DNA of 55,845 nt, filler included, from Porpidia crustulata (lineage: Eukaryota): NCBI GenBank assembly GCA_964255105.1. It is 3 parts of 3 records of this genome, joined end to end, with 100 filler letters (N's around TTAATTAATTAA, not from the genome) between each part and the next. Parts side by side here need not be neighbours in the genome. Positions count along the whole stretch, not along the records: positions 1 to 18,574 come from CAXUWE010000175.1; 2 more parts are not named here. One strand, given 5' to 3'. The translations under genes were made by a program, and so were the position numbers. Below the pieces are notes generated by a model. The model ran no database searches, was not told the origin of the DNA, and saw only the letters and a list, made by a program, of their open reading frames with translations. Position 1 is the first letter of the stretch. Each line of letters begins with the position of its first letter. Below are positions 1 to 11,900 of this stretch, piece by piece.

Positions 1-816
1 GGAGGGGGGCGACAGGTTTACTTTTCCAGGGATATTTTCGATCCCGTGGAGAAACTGTGATGCCATCTAAGTAAAGCTTCGTCCTTTCAGCTTCAGCGAC
101 GATAAAATTTTCGGTTACGGTCATTGTTTTGACGAATTTTTCATGATCCGGGGCGAGGGGTTTTCATGAGTTCAAGACATTACGGCAATTCCAACTACTA
201 TTTAGATATAATGAATATCCAAGATATCGTAAACCTCAGGGTGAAAATCATCAACGAGGTTATCTTGCACTGTTGCTGTAGGACGTTTTTATGAACGGAT
301 TTCTGGGTCACGGATGAGACTTTTTAAGTCTTGTGATGATAGTAATGATAGTAACGATGACAATGATAGCGGAGTTTTAAATTGAGTCTACTTGAGCATT
401 TGTAAACAAGAATGATTCACGACTGATGAAAAATCGATTTCTTGGATGATGGTTTTAAATAATTAGGGGGGTATCTAGATACTGATTATTTTTATGGATG
501 TGGTTATGAGAAATACTTTTCTGCCCATTTTCGCTTTTAGCTTCGAAGGTCAGCAGCGGCGGTTTGCTTTGAGGTGGAGCTTAGGTGAGCGGCATTTTCT
601 GTTTGCTTGGAGTGGCTGAATTTTCTGGATTTTTTTTTCTTAGGCATGGTGAAAATGTGTTGGCTTTGTAAGTAGAGCTTCGTCTGGGCGATGCGTTCCT
701 CGATCTTAGGGTATTGAGGAAGCAGATACGCTCGCATTCCTTGAGTGACGTAGCAAGTATTTAGAGACAAGGTAGATATTAGGACTGTTGATTCGCTAGA
801 TCCACGTCCGCTCGTG

Positions 817-2772
817 CTATCTGATTACCTTCTCCTTACACTCGATGCTAAAGGCTTTGTCAGTATGTTTGAAAAAGACTAGCTAGGAAAAACTAACCCA
901 TAATTCTCCTTCAGCTCCCGCATCAATGGCTTGTTAATGCTTGGACTCATTGGCGCGAGGATACCTTTGTCTGAGATTGTGCCATCGAGGACTTGTTTGA
1001 CGGCTGTTTAATGGGTTACGTTAGTATCTGTTTTTGCTAGAAGCATGGTGGGAATTGAGACTCTATGCGGCACTCGTGGCCGTAAAAAATGTAGTTATCG
1101 AGAAATAGACACCTCTGCCATCTGAAAAGGCGTTCGAACCACAAAAGGTGAAGAGATTATCGCAACACTGGAAGACTTGCCTACGCCACAAGTTATGCCG
1201 ACGAGCTTCGACATTGCCGAGTAACCGTCAGATCCAATAGGTTCGCCGTATTCGCAAAGGGTAGAAGTTATAGTGTCCCTGCTACCGTCTTTGTTCTCGA
1301 TCTCAAAATTATGTTGGAGGAACTTAATGCCAGGTGTTAGAATCGTGTATTCTTAAGAAATGTACGAGCATAAGATTATACTAACCACAAAGTCGCGCTC
1401 ACCCTCTCCGTAAGCCATCTTTTTCTCAAGAGCAGCACATAGCGTATCCAATGGATTCCCTTTTGGCGTAATCTTTGCCTCTGAAAAAATACCGACTGTG
1501 CTGCAATGTCAAAACCGCCAGAATATGGTTGGTAGGGTACACATTTACTTACGCCACTTGAGACCTGCCACCAACCGATTCTTTTCATTGGTATCCTTGA
1601 ATTTTGATTTGGATGAGATTGCCCATATTAGATCGTTCTCACTTAATGAACTAGCACCCAGGATCTGCTTAGTGGCTTCTTTCCAAGTGATTGGCTCTTT
1701 CAAGAAGCTCTGCTCCTCCTCGCTGAGGAAGCCAATATCAACCAGAACTTTAATAAATTCCGGGAAACCGGCGTAACGGAGGGTACCACGTATCACTGTT
1801 TGCGCTTCAGGAATATTATACCTGAATAGAATTAGACATTGTGATTAAACAAACAGGTCCATACTCTTACCTTTCTCGGTAGCCTGTGCTGTCTCGATTT
1901 CCGTAGGCGACGAAGTTGAAACCTAGAAAGCCTGTATGATACGGTTTCGCTGTCCCCATAAGGTCTCCCCCCCCGCCTTTCACAATCACTTCTTTCCCGT
2001 TCTCAAAGTACTTAGCTTCGTTCTTCAATGCCAACAAAACTCCACGGCTACTCCAGCTAAATTTGTACCCTGACTGTGGTCAGCAGCCGCAGGAATTATA
2101 TCAATTAGCACATACCTAGAGGATTATCCGAATCTAAGATGACAGTTAGCTTGAATGGTCTTGTGCGTTTTCATCATATTCATACTTTCTGGTGCGGGTA
2201 AGCCGCAACAAAAGCTCCTGAACGCCTGGACAGAGCCTCCTTCGTTGTGAACGCGATCAATTATGTCTATAGCGTAAAGATGGTCGATTCTTGGGAAACG
2301 GTAAATTAAGGGAACAGAAAAGAACATAGTGGCAAGAAGGCATACCCAGGATCGAGCTAGAATCGTCAGCAAAATAAGCCGTAAATTTTCCATTTCGACT
2401 TACCCCAATCTCATTCATAACCGTAATGCCCGCAGCCTTGACCTCCTCTTCCAGCGCCTGCATAGCTGGCGACACATACGATGTAGTGACCACATTTTTC
2501 TTCGCTTTGATAGCCGCCTTGATCACAGCAACATGATATGTATAGGGTATGAGCGAGATTATGACGTCATGTTTGGCCACCTCGTCTTCCAGAACGGACG
2601 TATCATTTACGTCGAGGCTAACAGCCCTAGTATTGGGAAAGTTGCCGGCAAGCTTCTGAGCCGCAGCCAGTGTACGGCAGGCGATAGTGACGTGTACGCC
2701 GGCGTCAGAGAGGACTTGGACGGTAGGCGTAGCAACGAAGCCGGAGCCGAGGAGGAGGGCGGATTGTGGCAT
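817..2772 (-). CDS. LYS9: Saccharopine dehydrogenase (NADP+, L-glutamate-forming; saccharopine reductase), 10 exons
   Basis: Spliced translation gives LLLGSGFVA...MNEIGLDPGIDHLYA...CGLPAPENSDNPLGYKFSWSSRG...RGTLRY...GILAP, ending TAG at 817-819. Nine introns mapped by hand, including microexons 2346-2356 and 2116-2133 and a GC-AG intron 1004-1180. Confidence 0.96.
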
Positions 2773-3014
2773 TATTAGTGTAAAGAACGTTATGCTTGGA
2801 GGATAAATGTCAATTGAGCTGGTATAGTAGGGAGGGGCTGGTCACGGATGAGGATTTCAAATATAATAAGCGCATGCAAAGCTAACTGGCTATTTTATCA
2901 ATTATACAATTAAATTGTGTACGCTAGCAGAAAGTATTTGCAGAGCCGCGCAGCGCGATAAGCGATACTCGGTCCCACCCCCCAACCGTCCGCGCTAATC
3001 AACATTAGTCCATA

Positions 3015-3047
3015 TAACCCTGACCCTATGGTATAACCCTAACCCTA
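3015..3047 (+). promoter_or_regulatory. Telomere-like (TAACCC)n boxes in the LYS9/methyltransferase bidirectional promoter; possible Tbf1-type Myb sites
   Basis: TAACCCTGACCCTA...TAACCCTAACCCTA lies between two divergent start codons. Confidence 0.45.
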
Positions 3048-3182
3048 GCTGGGGCGGACCGTTGGGGGGTGAGAACGAGTAGCGCTAAATACTCATCCCT
3101 GCGCTGCAGGTACCGTAAGAAATTGCTGCGCGATTCTCTCTACACTAACAGTTGAGTGATAAGTCTCCTTCTTCCCACCAAA

Positions 3183-4971
3183 ATGTCTAAAAGCGGCTCG
3201 GAAGCGTCGGATGATTTTGAGTTCATCGAAACACCGGCCGCCCCCACGCCAATCCCTCCTCCAGAAGACTACGGAGTAAGGACGACCACGGTGAGTTTCG
3301 CCCGTGAACCCAATCGCATTGATCACCATCCACGCAAAACCGACGGAGCTGACTTTCAATCGACCAGTACCCTGCGATCAAGAATGCGCCTCTCCCCGCC
3401 GACGCCGCAGGGAGTGAAAGTTTCTCCAACATCCTCCTTTTGTCCCTCCTAGCTATTGTCCCGGCCTATTTCACCCGTAAGCTCGGCGGAGGCTTGTTCA
3501 CTTACATCTTCCTTGCCCTTTTCACCAGTATCCCCATTCTTGCTGCTTTCTGGACCGTTGCGTCGACGATATCGCCGCGGAAGAATGAAAAGGCGCGGTA
3601 TCCTGGGCGCCCGGTGGAGCATTATTTGAAATTTCGCGATGAAAAGGACGCGGAGAAATACCATGGCAGGAGCAAGATCCCAATGGAGACGTTTCATGAA
3701 ATGTACTTTGCTGGGGAGGTGGACTTCAAGGGGGACGCATTGGAGGTTATGGAGTACAGGCATGATTGGGCAAGCTTCAGGTTTACTGTCAGCTTGTTCC
3801 GCTTCTTCTTAGTTGGCATGATGCCTGAGGTTATTATGCATACTCGATCTCAAGGTATGAAATCAGAGATCTCGTAAGGCGACGCAATACTGAATACAAC
3901 AGACGAGGAGCAAGTCCGGGATCACTACGATCGTGGTGACGATTTCTACGGCTGGTTTCTCGGCCCTCGTATGATCTACACTTCCGGCATGATTTCCGAT
4001 ATCAACAAGGAAGAATCCCTCGAACAGCTACAAGATAACAAGCTCGCTATCGTATGCGAGAAAGTCGGCCTAAAGCCTGGCGAGTCGCTCCTCGACATCG
4101 GTTGCGGCTGGGGAACCCTGGCCAAATTCGCCAGTTCACATTATGGCGCGCACGTCACGGGTGTTACACTGGGGATAAATCAGACAGCATGGGGAAACAA
4201 CGCCCTGCGCAAGGCAGGTGTTGAAGAAAGCCAAAGCAAGATTCTCTGCATGGACTACCGCGACATCCCACTCCCACAAGGCGGCTACAAAAAAATCACC
4301 TGCCTCGAGATGGCCGAGCACGTCGGCGTCCGCTTTTTCGGCAAATTCCTCAAGCAAGTCTACGACATGCTCGACGACGACGGCGTCTTCTTCCTGCAGA
4401 TCGCTGGCATCCGCAAGTCCTGGCAATACGAGGATTTGATCTGGGGCCTCTTCATGAACAAGTACATATTCCCCGGCGCCGACGCGTCAACACCGTTGGG
4501 CTTCTTCATCGACAAGCTCGAGGGTGCCGGGTTCGAGGTCAAGGCCGTGGACACGATCGGCGTGCATTACTCCGCCACGCTGTGGCGGTGGTACAGGAAT
4601 TGGATGGCGAACCGTGAGAAAGTCGAAGCCAAATACGGGACTCGATGGTTTAGAGTACCCGCCCCTTCCACCCTTCTCCTCCTGTCCTACCTTTCCCCAA
4701 ACCCAACCGCTAATATCCAAACCCCATCCAGATCTGGGAATTCTTCCTCGCCTACTCCACCATCATATCCCGCCAGGGTTCCGCCACCTGCTACCAAATC
4801 ACCCTCGTCAAGAACCTCAACTCCACCCACCGCGTCGAGGGCATTCCCTCGCAAGCCGGCCTCCTTGGTGCACTGGCGGCGTCCAAGGTCGGGACGGCAA
4901 CGGCGGCGAGCAGGGTTGCTAGCGTGGCGAGCGGATTGGGTGAGAAGGCCCTTGGGGGTGGGAAGGCGTGA
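3183..4971 (+). CDS. Sphingolipid C9-methyltransferase (cyclopropane-fatty-acyl-phospholipid synthase family), 4 exons
   Basis: Exons 3183-3290, 3368-3854, 3903-4654, 4732-4971. Motifs DHYDRGDDFY, MIYTSG, LLDIGCGWG (SAM binding), EMAEHVG, YIFPG, plus N-terminal hydrophobic helices. Confidence 0.92.
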
Positions 4972-5683
4972 TTTGTGTGTCTTTGATGGGTTGGGCATGT
5001 GAAGTCCCGGGATTTATTTGCGATGATGTGGCAATTTTCTGCAAAAGCTATCGGAATTGGCTACCGGGAGAAGATATGTAAGGTATCACGTGAAAGGTCG
5101 CGCGTGTAGCGACTAGGGTAGTGGGTTAGAACTAGATCAGTAGGCCGCGCCATCTAACGCCTTGGACGCTTGCTGCGGTAATTGATACTGTGACACAGCG
5201 GACCACGTCCGGATAAGATCTGGGTATTTCTGGCGATATGCAAGCAAATCACTCGCGTCCGGAAGATATTTTCTAGAAGACGCTCGCTGCCACAGCAATT
5301 TATGTAGGAAGGGTCTCCTTTCCTTCCCACGTTTCCCGCCTCTACCCCTGTACTCCCTTCCCTTCTAACCATACCATTGAGTCTAATTTAAACCGATCCC
5401 ACCTATAATACTTCATCGGCCAGTCTTCTACGAATATTACTCTCTGTTATAGGTTCGTTGGCGGTACATCGGTGTCGTTCGCAGGGTCGCTCGGGATAAT
5501 CGGACGAATATATTTCCTCATCTCCTCCTGTGCTAACCAAGAATTTTCATACCGCCAAGAGCCATTGTAGCCCGCGCTTCGGACCATATTGGTACTTTTC
5601 CATTATCCTCGAAAGTACTATTCTGTTGCTCGGCCATAGATTGTGTAGCTGCTACCTGCCCATAGCACCATAGTCGCCCTTTC

Positions 5684-6829
5684 TCATCCTCGCAACGGCA
5701 AGATATGCTGCCCCAGCACCTGTTGCCGGCAGAGCGGGCATTCCGGCTTTTCTCGCACCCAGTCTTCGATGCAGGTCCAGCAGAAGACGTGGCCGCATGT
5801 CGTCGCGCTCGGGTCTTTCATTTCTTCGAGGCAGAGCGTGCATTTGCGCTGCTGGCGCCCGTTGATCCAGGTCATCAGTTCTGGATCTTTGAGGTCGTAG
5901 CGGGGTTTGTCGGATAGGACCGGGGTATGGGTTGTTGCTTCGAGACGGGTTTTGGTTGTTTCTGGGTTCTGGTTGGCTATGGAGAGGGTCTCGTTGGTCG
6001 GGGTGTAGGCTTTAGTTCCTAGGCCTATTTCGATGCCTTCGACCATTGCGCTTGCTCCTCCAATTCCACCGGCATCTAGGACGATTGGGGGCGCGCTTTT
6101 CAGGGTGCTGTGGATGTGTAGCCATGTCTGCACGGCCATCTGGAGTACCAACAGCACTCCAAGGACTTCATACCCAACGCGCTGATCCGACGGGGGAAGT
6201 CGTTTTGTGAAGATATAACGCAGACCGGAGAGCCGCTTGCTGAGGTGGTAGTAGGAGCCTGTGAAGTAGAAGATAGAGAGGGTGAGCGCGTAGATGGGCG
6301 AGGGAGAGGTGATAGTTGATAGATTTTCCAGTATGTAAGATTGTAGGCGTTGTGAGAAGGAAGAATGGGGTTGATTGGATTTTTTGCGTAAATTTGATTC
6401 GAGTTTTAGGCGCATGCGATTTCGGAATGTAGGTAGGAATTTGGTGAGTGTATAAGGGAGAAGAACAGCGGAGAGGATATATCCGGCACGACTGGAGATG
6501 GCAGGGAGTTGGAGTGACCGATCAGAAATCTGGATGATATCACAGTATTCTTCCCCCAGCGTTCGATTGCCGATTAATGTCGTGAGGCCAAGGTAGAGCA
6601 ACTCGGTAAAGGTGTGAGCTTCGGAGTTGTACGTGTGTATGAAGCGAGCGCCATAGAGGCGACGGAGGATATTGGAAAGTTGCTCATGGAGAATACCTTG
6701 GAAATAGGTATCTTTCTGATTGGAGCGAATTATATCCGGGGCGGCAGCGAAGGGATAGATGTAGTTTCCGGTGGGCACGGAGGATTGGACGTCATATACA
6801 TGATCCGAGGGATGTGCGATCACAGTCAT
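5684..6829 (-). CDS. PEX10: Peroxin 10 (Pex2/Pex12 N-domain plus C3HC4 RING)
   Basis: YPFAAAPDIIRSNQKD, TLGEEYCDI and C-terminal CTLCLEEMKDPSATTCGHVFCWTCIEDWVREKPECPLCR. First ATG is at 6829. Confidence 0.95.
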   Translation of the reverse strand: MTVIAHPSDHVYDVQSSVPTGNYIYPFAAAPDIIRSNQKDTYFQGILHEQLSNILRRLYGARFIHTYNSEAHTFTELLYLGLTTLIGNRTLGEEYCDIIQISDRSLQLPAISSRAGYILSAVLLPYTLTKFLPTFRNRMRLKLESNLRKKSNQPHSSFSQRLQSYILENLSTITSPSPIYALTLSIFYFTGSYYHLSKRLSGLRYIFTKRLPPSDQRVGYEVLGVLLVLQMAVQTWLHIHSTLKSAPPIVLDAGGIGGASAMVEGIEIGLGTKAYTPTNETLSIANQNPETTKTRLEATTHTPVLSDKPRYDLKDPELMTWINGRQQRKCTLCLEEMKDPSATTCGHVFCWTCIEDWVREKPECPLCRQQVLGQHILPLRG

Positions 6830-7133
6830 GGTGTTTCTGTTTAACAATCACAGGATGACTGCAGCTCTCAAACTTGCAATCAGCGCAACCCACGACGTCG
6901 AAGGTATCAAAGCCAAGGTGTAAAACCCGTGGATCTGAAAGCAGCTGAGCGGGCGCTAGTCCAGAATAGTCCGATGAGCACGAGCTCCAGGCCACCTGGA
7001 AGATCCATTGCGCCAACAGCGGCAAACAATTATACGTGTCCCAAAGCTGTCAAATCCAACTATGGTCACTCCTTGAATACCTTGCTGAAGCCTTGTTACA
7101 CCTGGTTTGCAGTCGGATGAGCATGCCTACGGA

Positions 7134-8571
7134 ATGGATGGGGACCCTGCTGTCGAACCAGAACTAGACACCTTCAGTCTAATCCTACCTTTGCCATACA
7201 GGATAGGCGTGATCATTGTTCTTGGTATGCCGAAGCAATAGAACTCAGTAGGCACATTTAATATCTAATCACACTATAGGAATCTGGGCCTGGGGCATCA
7301 ACCTCCATTACCTATCCCTTATCAACATTGTACGCTTCAGAACCCTTAAGCTACGTGTTTGGTCCTGAGTCTACTACAGGATGTTCCTGCTCTTATCCAA
7401 TATTCCAGGCCTCCGGCGCCTTCCATTCCTTCTCACCACCAACGTATCTACAGATTTGCGGCCACCGTGACTCTCCCGCTGATCGTCAATATCGTCTTTT
7501 TCTGGATCATAACGCATGGCCAATCATCTCTGGTTCTTGCATGGGACATCCTGCCCCAGTCCTACCTTTTCATCCTCGTTGTCCTTTTCGTTATCCCTTT
7601 GCAACGGCTGTCTCGGACGGGACGATATTGGTTCTTAAAGACACTAAAACGAGTCAGTGTCGGGGGCATCGCTGAAGCAAAAGACGGGAAATTTGGCGAC
7701 ATACTCCTGGCTGATGTATTGACATCTTATGCTAAGATTCTCGGAGATTTATTCGTCTCAGCATGCATGTTCTTCACAATCGGAATTTCTTCAACAGACA
7801 AACCAGATAGGAACTGTGGAGGAACATATGTGGTTCCTCTGATCATCAGCATCCCGAGCCTTATTCGCTTACGACAATGTCTGATAGAGTTCTTCAGAGT
7901 GAGGCGAGGCCCAAAGTCATCAACAGGTTGGGGGGGCCAACACCTCGCCAACGCTCTGAAATACTCCAGCGCTTTTCCCGTGATCATCCTAAGTGCTTTG
8001 CAACGCGGCTACGATCCAAACAAAATCGGCATGAGCGAGGCCGGCCTTTTCCGCCTCTGGTAAAATTCCTCAATCGCCCCTCTCAAAACTCCACAGCATT
8101 CAGCTCACCATCTGCCCAGGCTCTTCTTCGTCTTCCTCAACTCCTTCTACTCCTTCTACTGGGACGTCGCCAAAGACTGGGACCTCACCCTCTTTTCCCC
8201 ATCCGCGGAACGCAACAACCCCGAACACCCGTGGGGCCTGCGGCGCCACACGCATTTCCACAGCAAAGAAATGTATTACGGCACTATCGGGATCGATCTC
8301 ATGTTACGCTGCACCTGGAGTTTCAAGCTTTCGCCGCATTTGGACCACTTTAATGATCTTGAGGGGGGGATCTTTGTCATGGAGTTTCTCGAGGTGTTGA
8401 GGCGGTGGATGTGGATCTTTTTCCGGGTCGAGACTGAATGGGGCAAGTGAACAATTGCAAATCTGAGTCGAAGACTGGGAAGCTAATAATTTTATAGTTC
8501 GGACGAACAGAGGACCTGCACGTGATGATATCCTGCTGGCCGATTACAGCGATAGGGCAGACGATGATTAG
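7134..8571 (+). CDS. ERD1: EXS-domain membrane protein (ERD1-like), 5 exons
   Basis: MDGDPAVEPELD start, FGDILLADVLTSYAK, HLANALKYS, YSFYWDVAKDWDL, EVLRRWMWIFFRVETEW. The last intron (8443-8497) is GC-AG. Confidence 0.9.
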
Positions 8572-8911
8572 AAGTAGGTCTCAAGTACATTTTCTAGAGA
8601 ATATTCTATGCTAGGATGGGATCCGCTCGATAGTAAGCTCGTAGCCCAGTATATGGGTCATTCCTAGTTCTGCTTCGACCAAACCTCCCAACCCCCTGGT
8701 AGGGCTTAGCGCGCTAGGGGTGCGGCTAAACATCAGGTCAATATGTAGGTAGACTAAGTAGTTGAAATCGCTTAAGATATGTTTCAGCCGCTGAGGTTAA
8801 CTTTTGTTGTCTACCGCCTACCTCCGCATTTCTATATCGCGAATTGTCGACTCAATCTCTACCGACTTCGATATCATTTGGTGAAATATTGCCTCTCACA
8901 CCCATCTCCCC

Positions 8912-11900
8912 TCAAGCCGCAACACTCACCACCTTCCTAGATCGCGTCGCGATTTTCTCAGCCAGTGTGTGTACCGTTTGATTCGCCAAAATCTCCGTGG
9001 ACTGCAGCGGCGCATCAAATTGACGCGTAACCCAATTGCGCAGCTCAACGGCGACCAGCGAGTCCAGTCCCAGCGCCATAATTGACCCTTGGCGTGCGTC
9101 GATGCTGCCTGCATCCACCGAGATCAGCCGCGCCAGCTGCACCGTGGCGGCCCCCGAAATGAAGTCTACCACCGCCTCTGCGTCGCCGTCGGCGATCACC
9201 TGATCAAACGTCTGTCCGCTACCTGCTGCCTCCATACCCTCGCCATCTTCGATAGAGCCAGCCCCGGGGCGCGGATCTCGTACCTCGTTACACATGGCTG
9301 AGTGGATGGTGCCGTTGTAGGCGGTTGCGTTTGTCAGAGACTCGGCGTCGAAGTCGATGATGGCCTGGGAGAGGCTGGAACTGGGGTCGTTGGTAGCGCC
9401 GAGGATATAGCCGAAGAAACGGGTAAGCTCCTTGTTGCTGGTCAAGCTGAAACCAGCGCGGCGCAGAGCACCCTCACGAATGTCATCGCCCGCGGTCAGG
9501 ACGGCGTCCTCGATCCAGCCGAAATTAATTGTCAAGAAACGGGTATCCCCTGGATGTTGTTTACCCTGGTGTGCCAGCGCGTCCTGTAGCGCATTTCCCG
9601 CGTTGTAGCTGGCCTCGGCGCTGGCCCCAACGATGCTAGAGACTGAGGACAACGAGAGGAAGAAGGCTAGCTTGGAAGATGCAAAGACCCGGTGGAGATT
9701 GAGCGTGCCGTCAACCTTGATCTTGGTCACGCTTGTGAAGTCGTTGTACGTGGTCAACCCGAGGAGGTGATCCTTAGTACAGTCAGCACCATGTCAGGGG
9801 AGTAAGGAGAAGAGAGAACGGCAACCTACATTCATAAAAGTCGCCGCCTGGAGGACACCATGTACTGGAGGCGTACCCTGGTGGGAAAGCTCGGCAGCGG
9901 CCCTTTGCACACTAGATTCGGACGACACGTCCCCCTGGAGAGTGTATAGACGGATGCCTGGCCGGATAGCCTCTAGCTTGGCTTGTAACGCGCGATAGGT
10001 GTCTGGGTCAACGACGCGGCGTGAAATAGTAGCCAAATGTTTGGCCCCCTTCTTGGCCATTAACACCAAGAACCGTTGTCCAATATCGCCGAGACCACCT
10101 GCCATAACGTACGTAGCGTTCTCATTCGTCCAGGCGTCGGGTTTGGCGGCTGGAATGACATGTACAATCGATTCAGAGCCAACTGTCAACACAGTCTTTG
10201 AATGAACGCCATTGTTGATCAGCCGAAGTGCCTCGGCAATCTCAGCCACGTCACGGACGGAGATTTCAAATCCAGAGGTTGGGACGTGCTCGAACGCAGT
10301 CGTCGCTTCGGCGACAAAGGTGGCTATGAGGTCGGGACGAGTCTGCACGAGGCTGGCGATGTCGATAGAGTGTGAGGCCACATTGGATGGAAGTTTTGAT
10401 GCCACTGTGGTAGAAGAGTGGTCCACCACGACTACAACTCCGAATGGTTTGATGTGCGCTAATGCTTCAGCTGGGACGGCATCCTCACAGGCCTGGATGA
10501 CTGCATCGAGTCCATCGGCAAAGACATCGCGCAGTGAGCGACGATGAAGCGAACGACGGGCCACGAGCACATCAGCTCCATCAATGCCAACTTCCTCCAG
10601 CAATTTTGCCTCGACCGAGTCAGCAGCCGTGGCGACAATACGGACGCCAATGGATCGGGCAACGGCAATGACAGCTCGCCCGGCGGTAGTGCGGGCTCCG
10701 TGGACCAAAACGGTGCCCCTACTCGAGAGTAGGCGAGCTACTCCACGAAGCGCGTACGAAGCGGCTATAAGATTGAGCAGTAGTGCAGATGCGGTGGTGG
10801 ATGACATATTTAATGGGATGCAAGCAGCGTTGGCTTGTGGAATGCGTAATCGACTGGCACCTACGATTGGAGCCACAGCTACCACGCGATCACCTGGACT
10901 GAGAGACTTGACATTTGTGCATGTTGTCTGTCAGGGGCACAGCATAGCTCTTGTCGTCGTCGACAAATAGCGTCGAGTCATCAGAAGAGAGCATCAGAGG
11001 TCGTTGATCATCCGCGAATTGATGGTCTTCCGTCTCGGGACCAGAGTCACCTTCGTCAGCGATTGCACGGTTGAGCTTGTCGCTGTAGCGCAAGCGCGGC
11101 ACCACCACAGCGCCTTCCTCGCGCATACGGTATTCGCGCTCTGTATGGGATGTGTTGGAATTCGCTACTTGATCAATCGCACCGATAATCACATCGACTA
11201 GACGTTTGTGACCGCGTCTATTTTCAAGAAAGCTCGAGGCAGCATGAATCGTCGTGAGACGCAGATCGTCATTCTCCGCGTGAGCTGTGCGTGCAATCCC
11301 TTTGATCTGGTGGAAGGAAACTGGGTCGTCGGGACTGAACCACACAAGACGGGCTGGCTGCCTTAGCAGGGTGATAGCGTCGTAAGCGTTAACGTCGTTG
11401 AGAATCGGTAGACTGAGTACATCATCGACAATGATGACAGTGTCGTTACTGCTCTTTCCCATTACACCTTTGCTGAGAAGGGACTTCACGGTGCTGGAGC
11501 TCAGCGTATTATGCAAAACATCGACGTTACAATGGCGCAGCGCATTCTCGGCTGCAGAGACCCAAGCTGGGGTATTGCGTGCTGAGTGTGTAAGAATGTG
11601 GATCTTGGCGGGGAGCTGTATGCTGGCGGGCTTCGCCATAACGATCAGTCTGCCCTGATTGGTGTCACGGAACATCAGCTGCTCTTCTAGCGGAGTCGGT
11701 ATTTGCTGCAGGGTAGCACGCCATGCGTCATCCTTGGATTCCCATCCACTCAATACAAGCATTATAGTGCCTCCTGGTTTAACGAGCACTGCGGCCTGGT
11801 TGAGCCACTTGATAGACGCTACCAGCACTATGTTGTACGCATGAGCCTCGAAGCCGCGCTTGACAGGGTTGGTACCAGGTCTAAGGGTTCGAAAGCGCAC

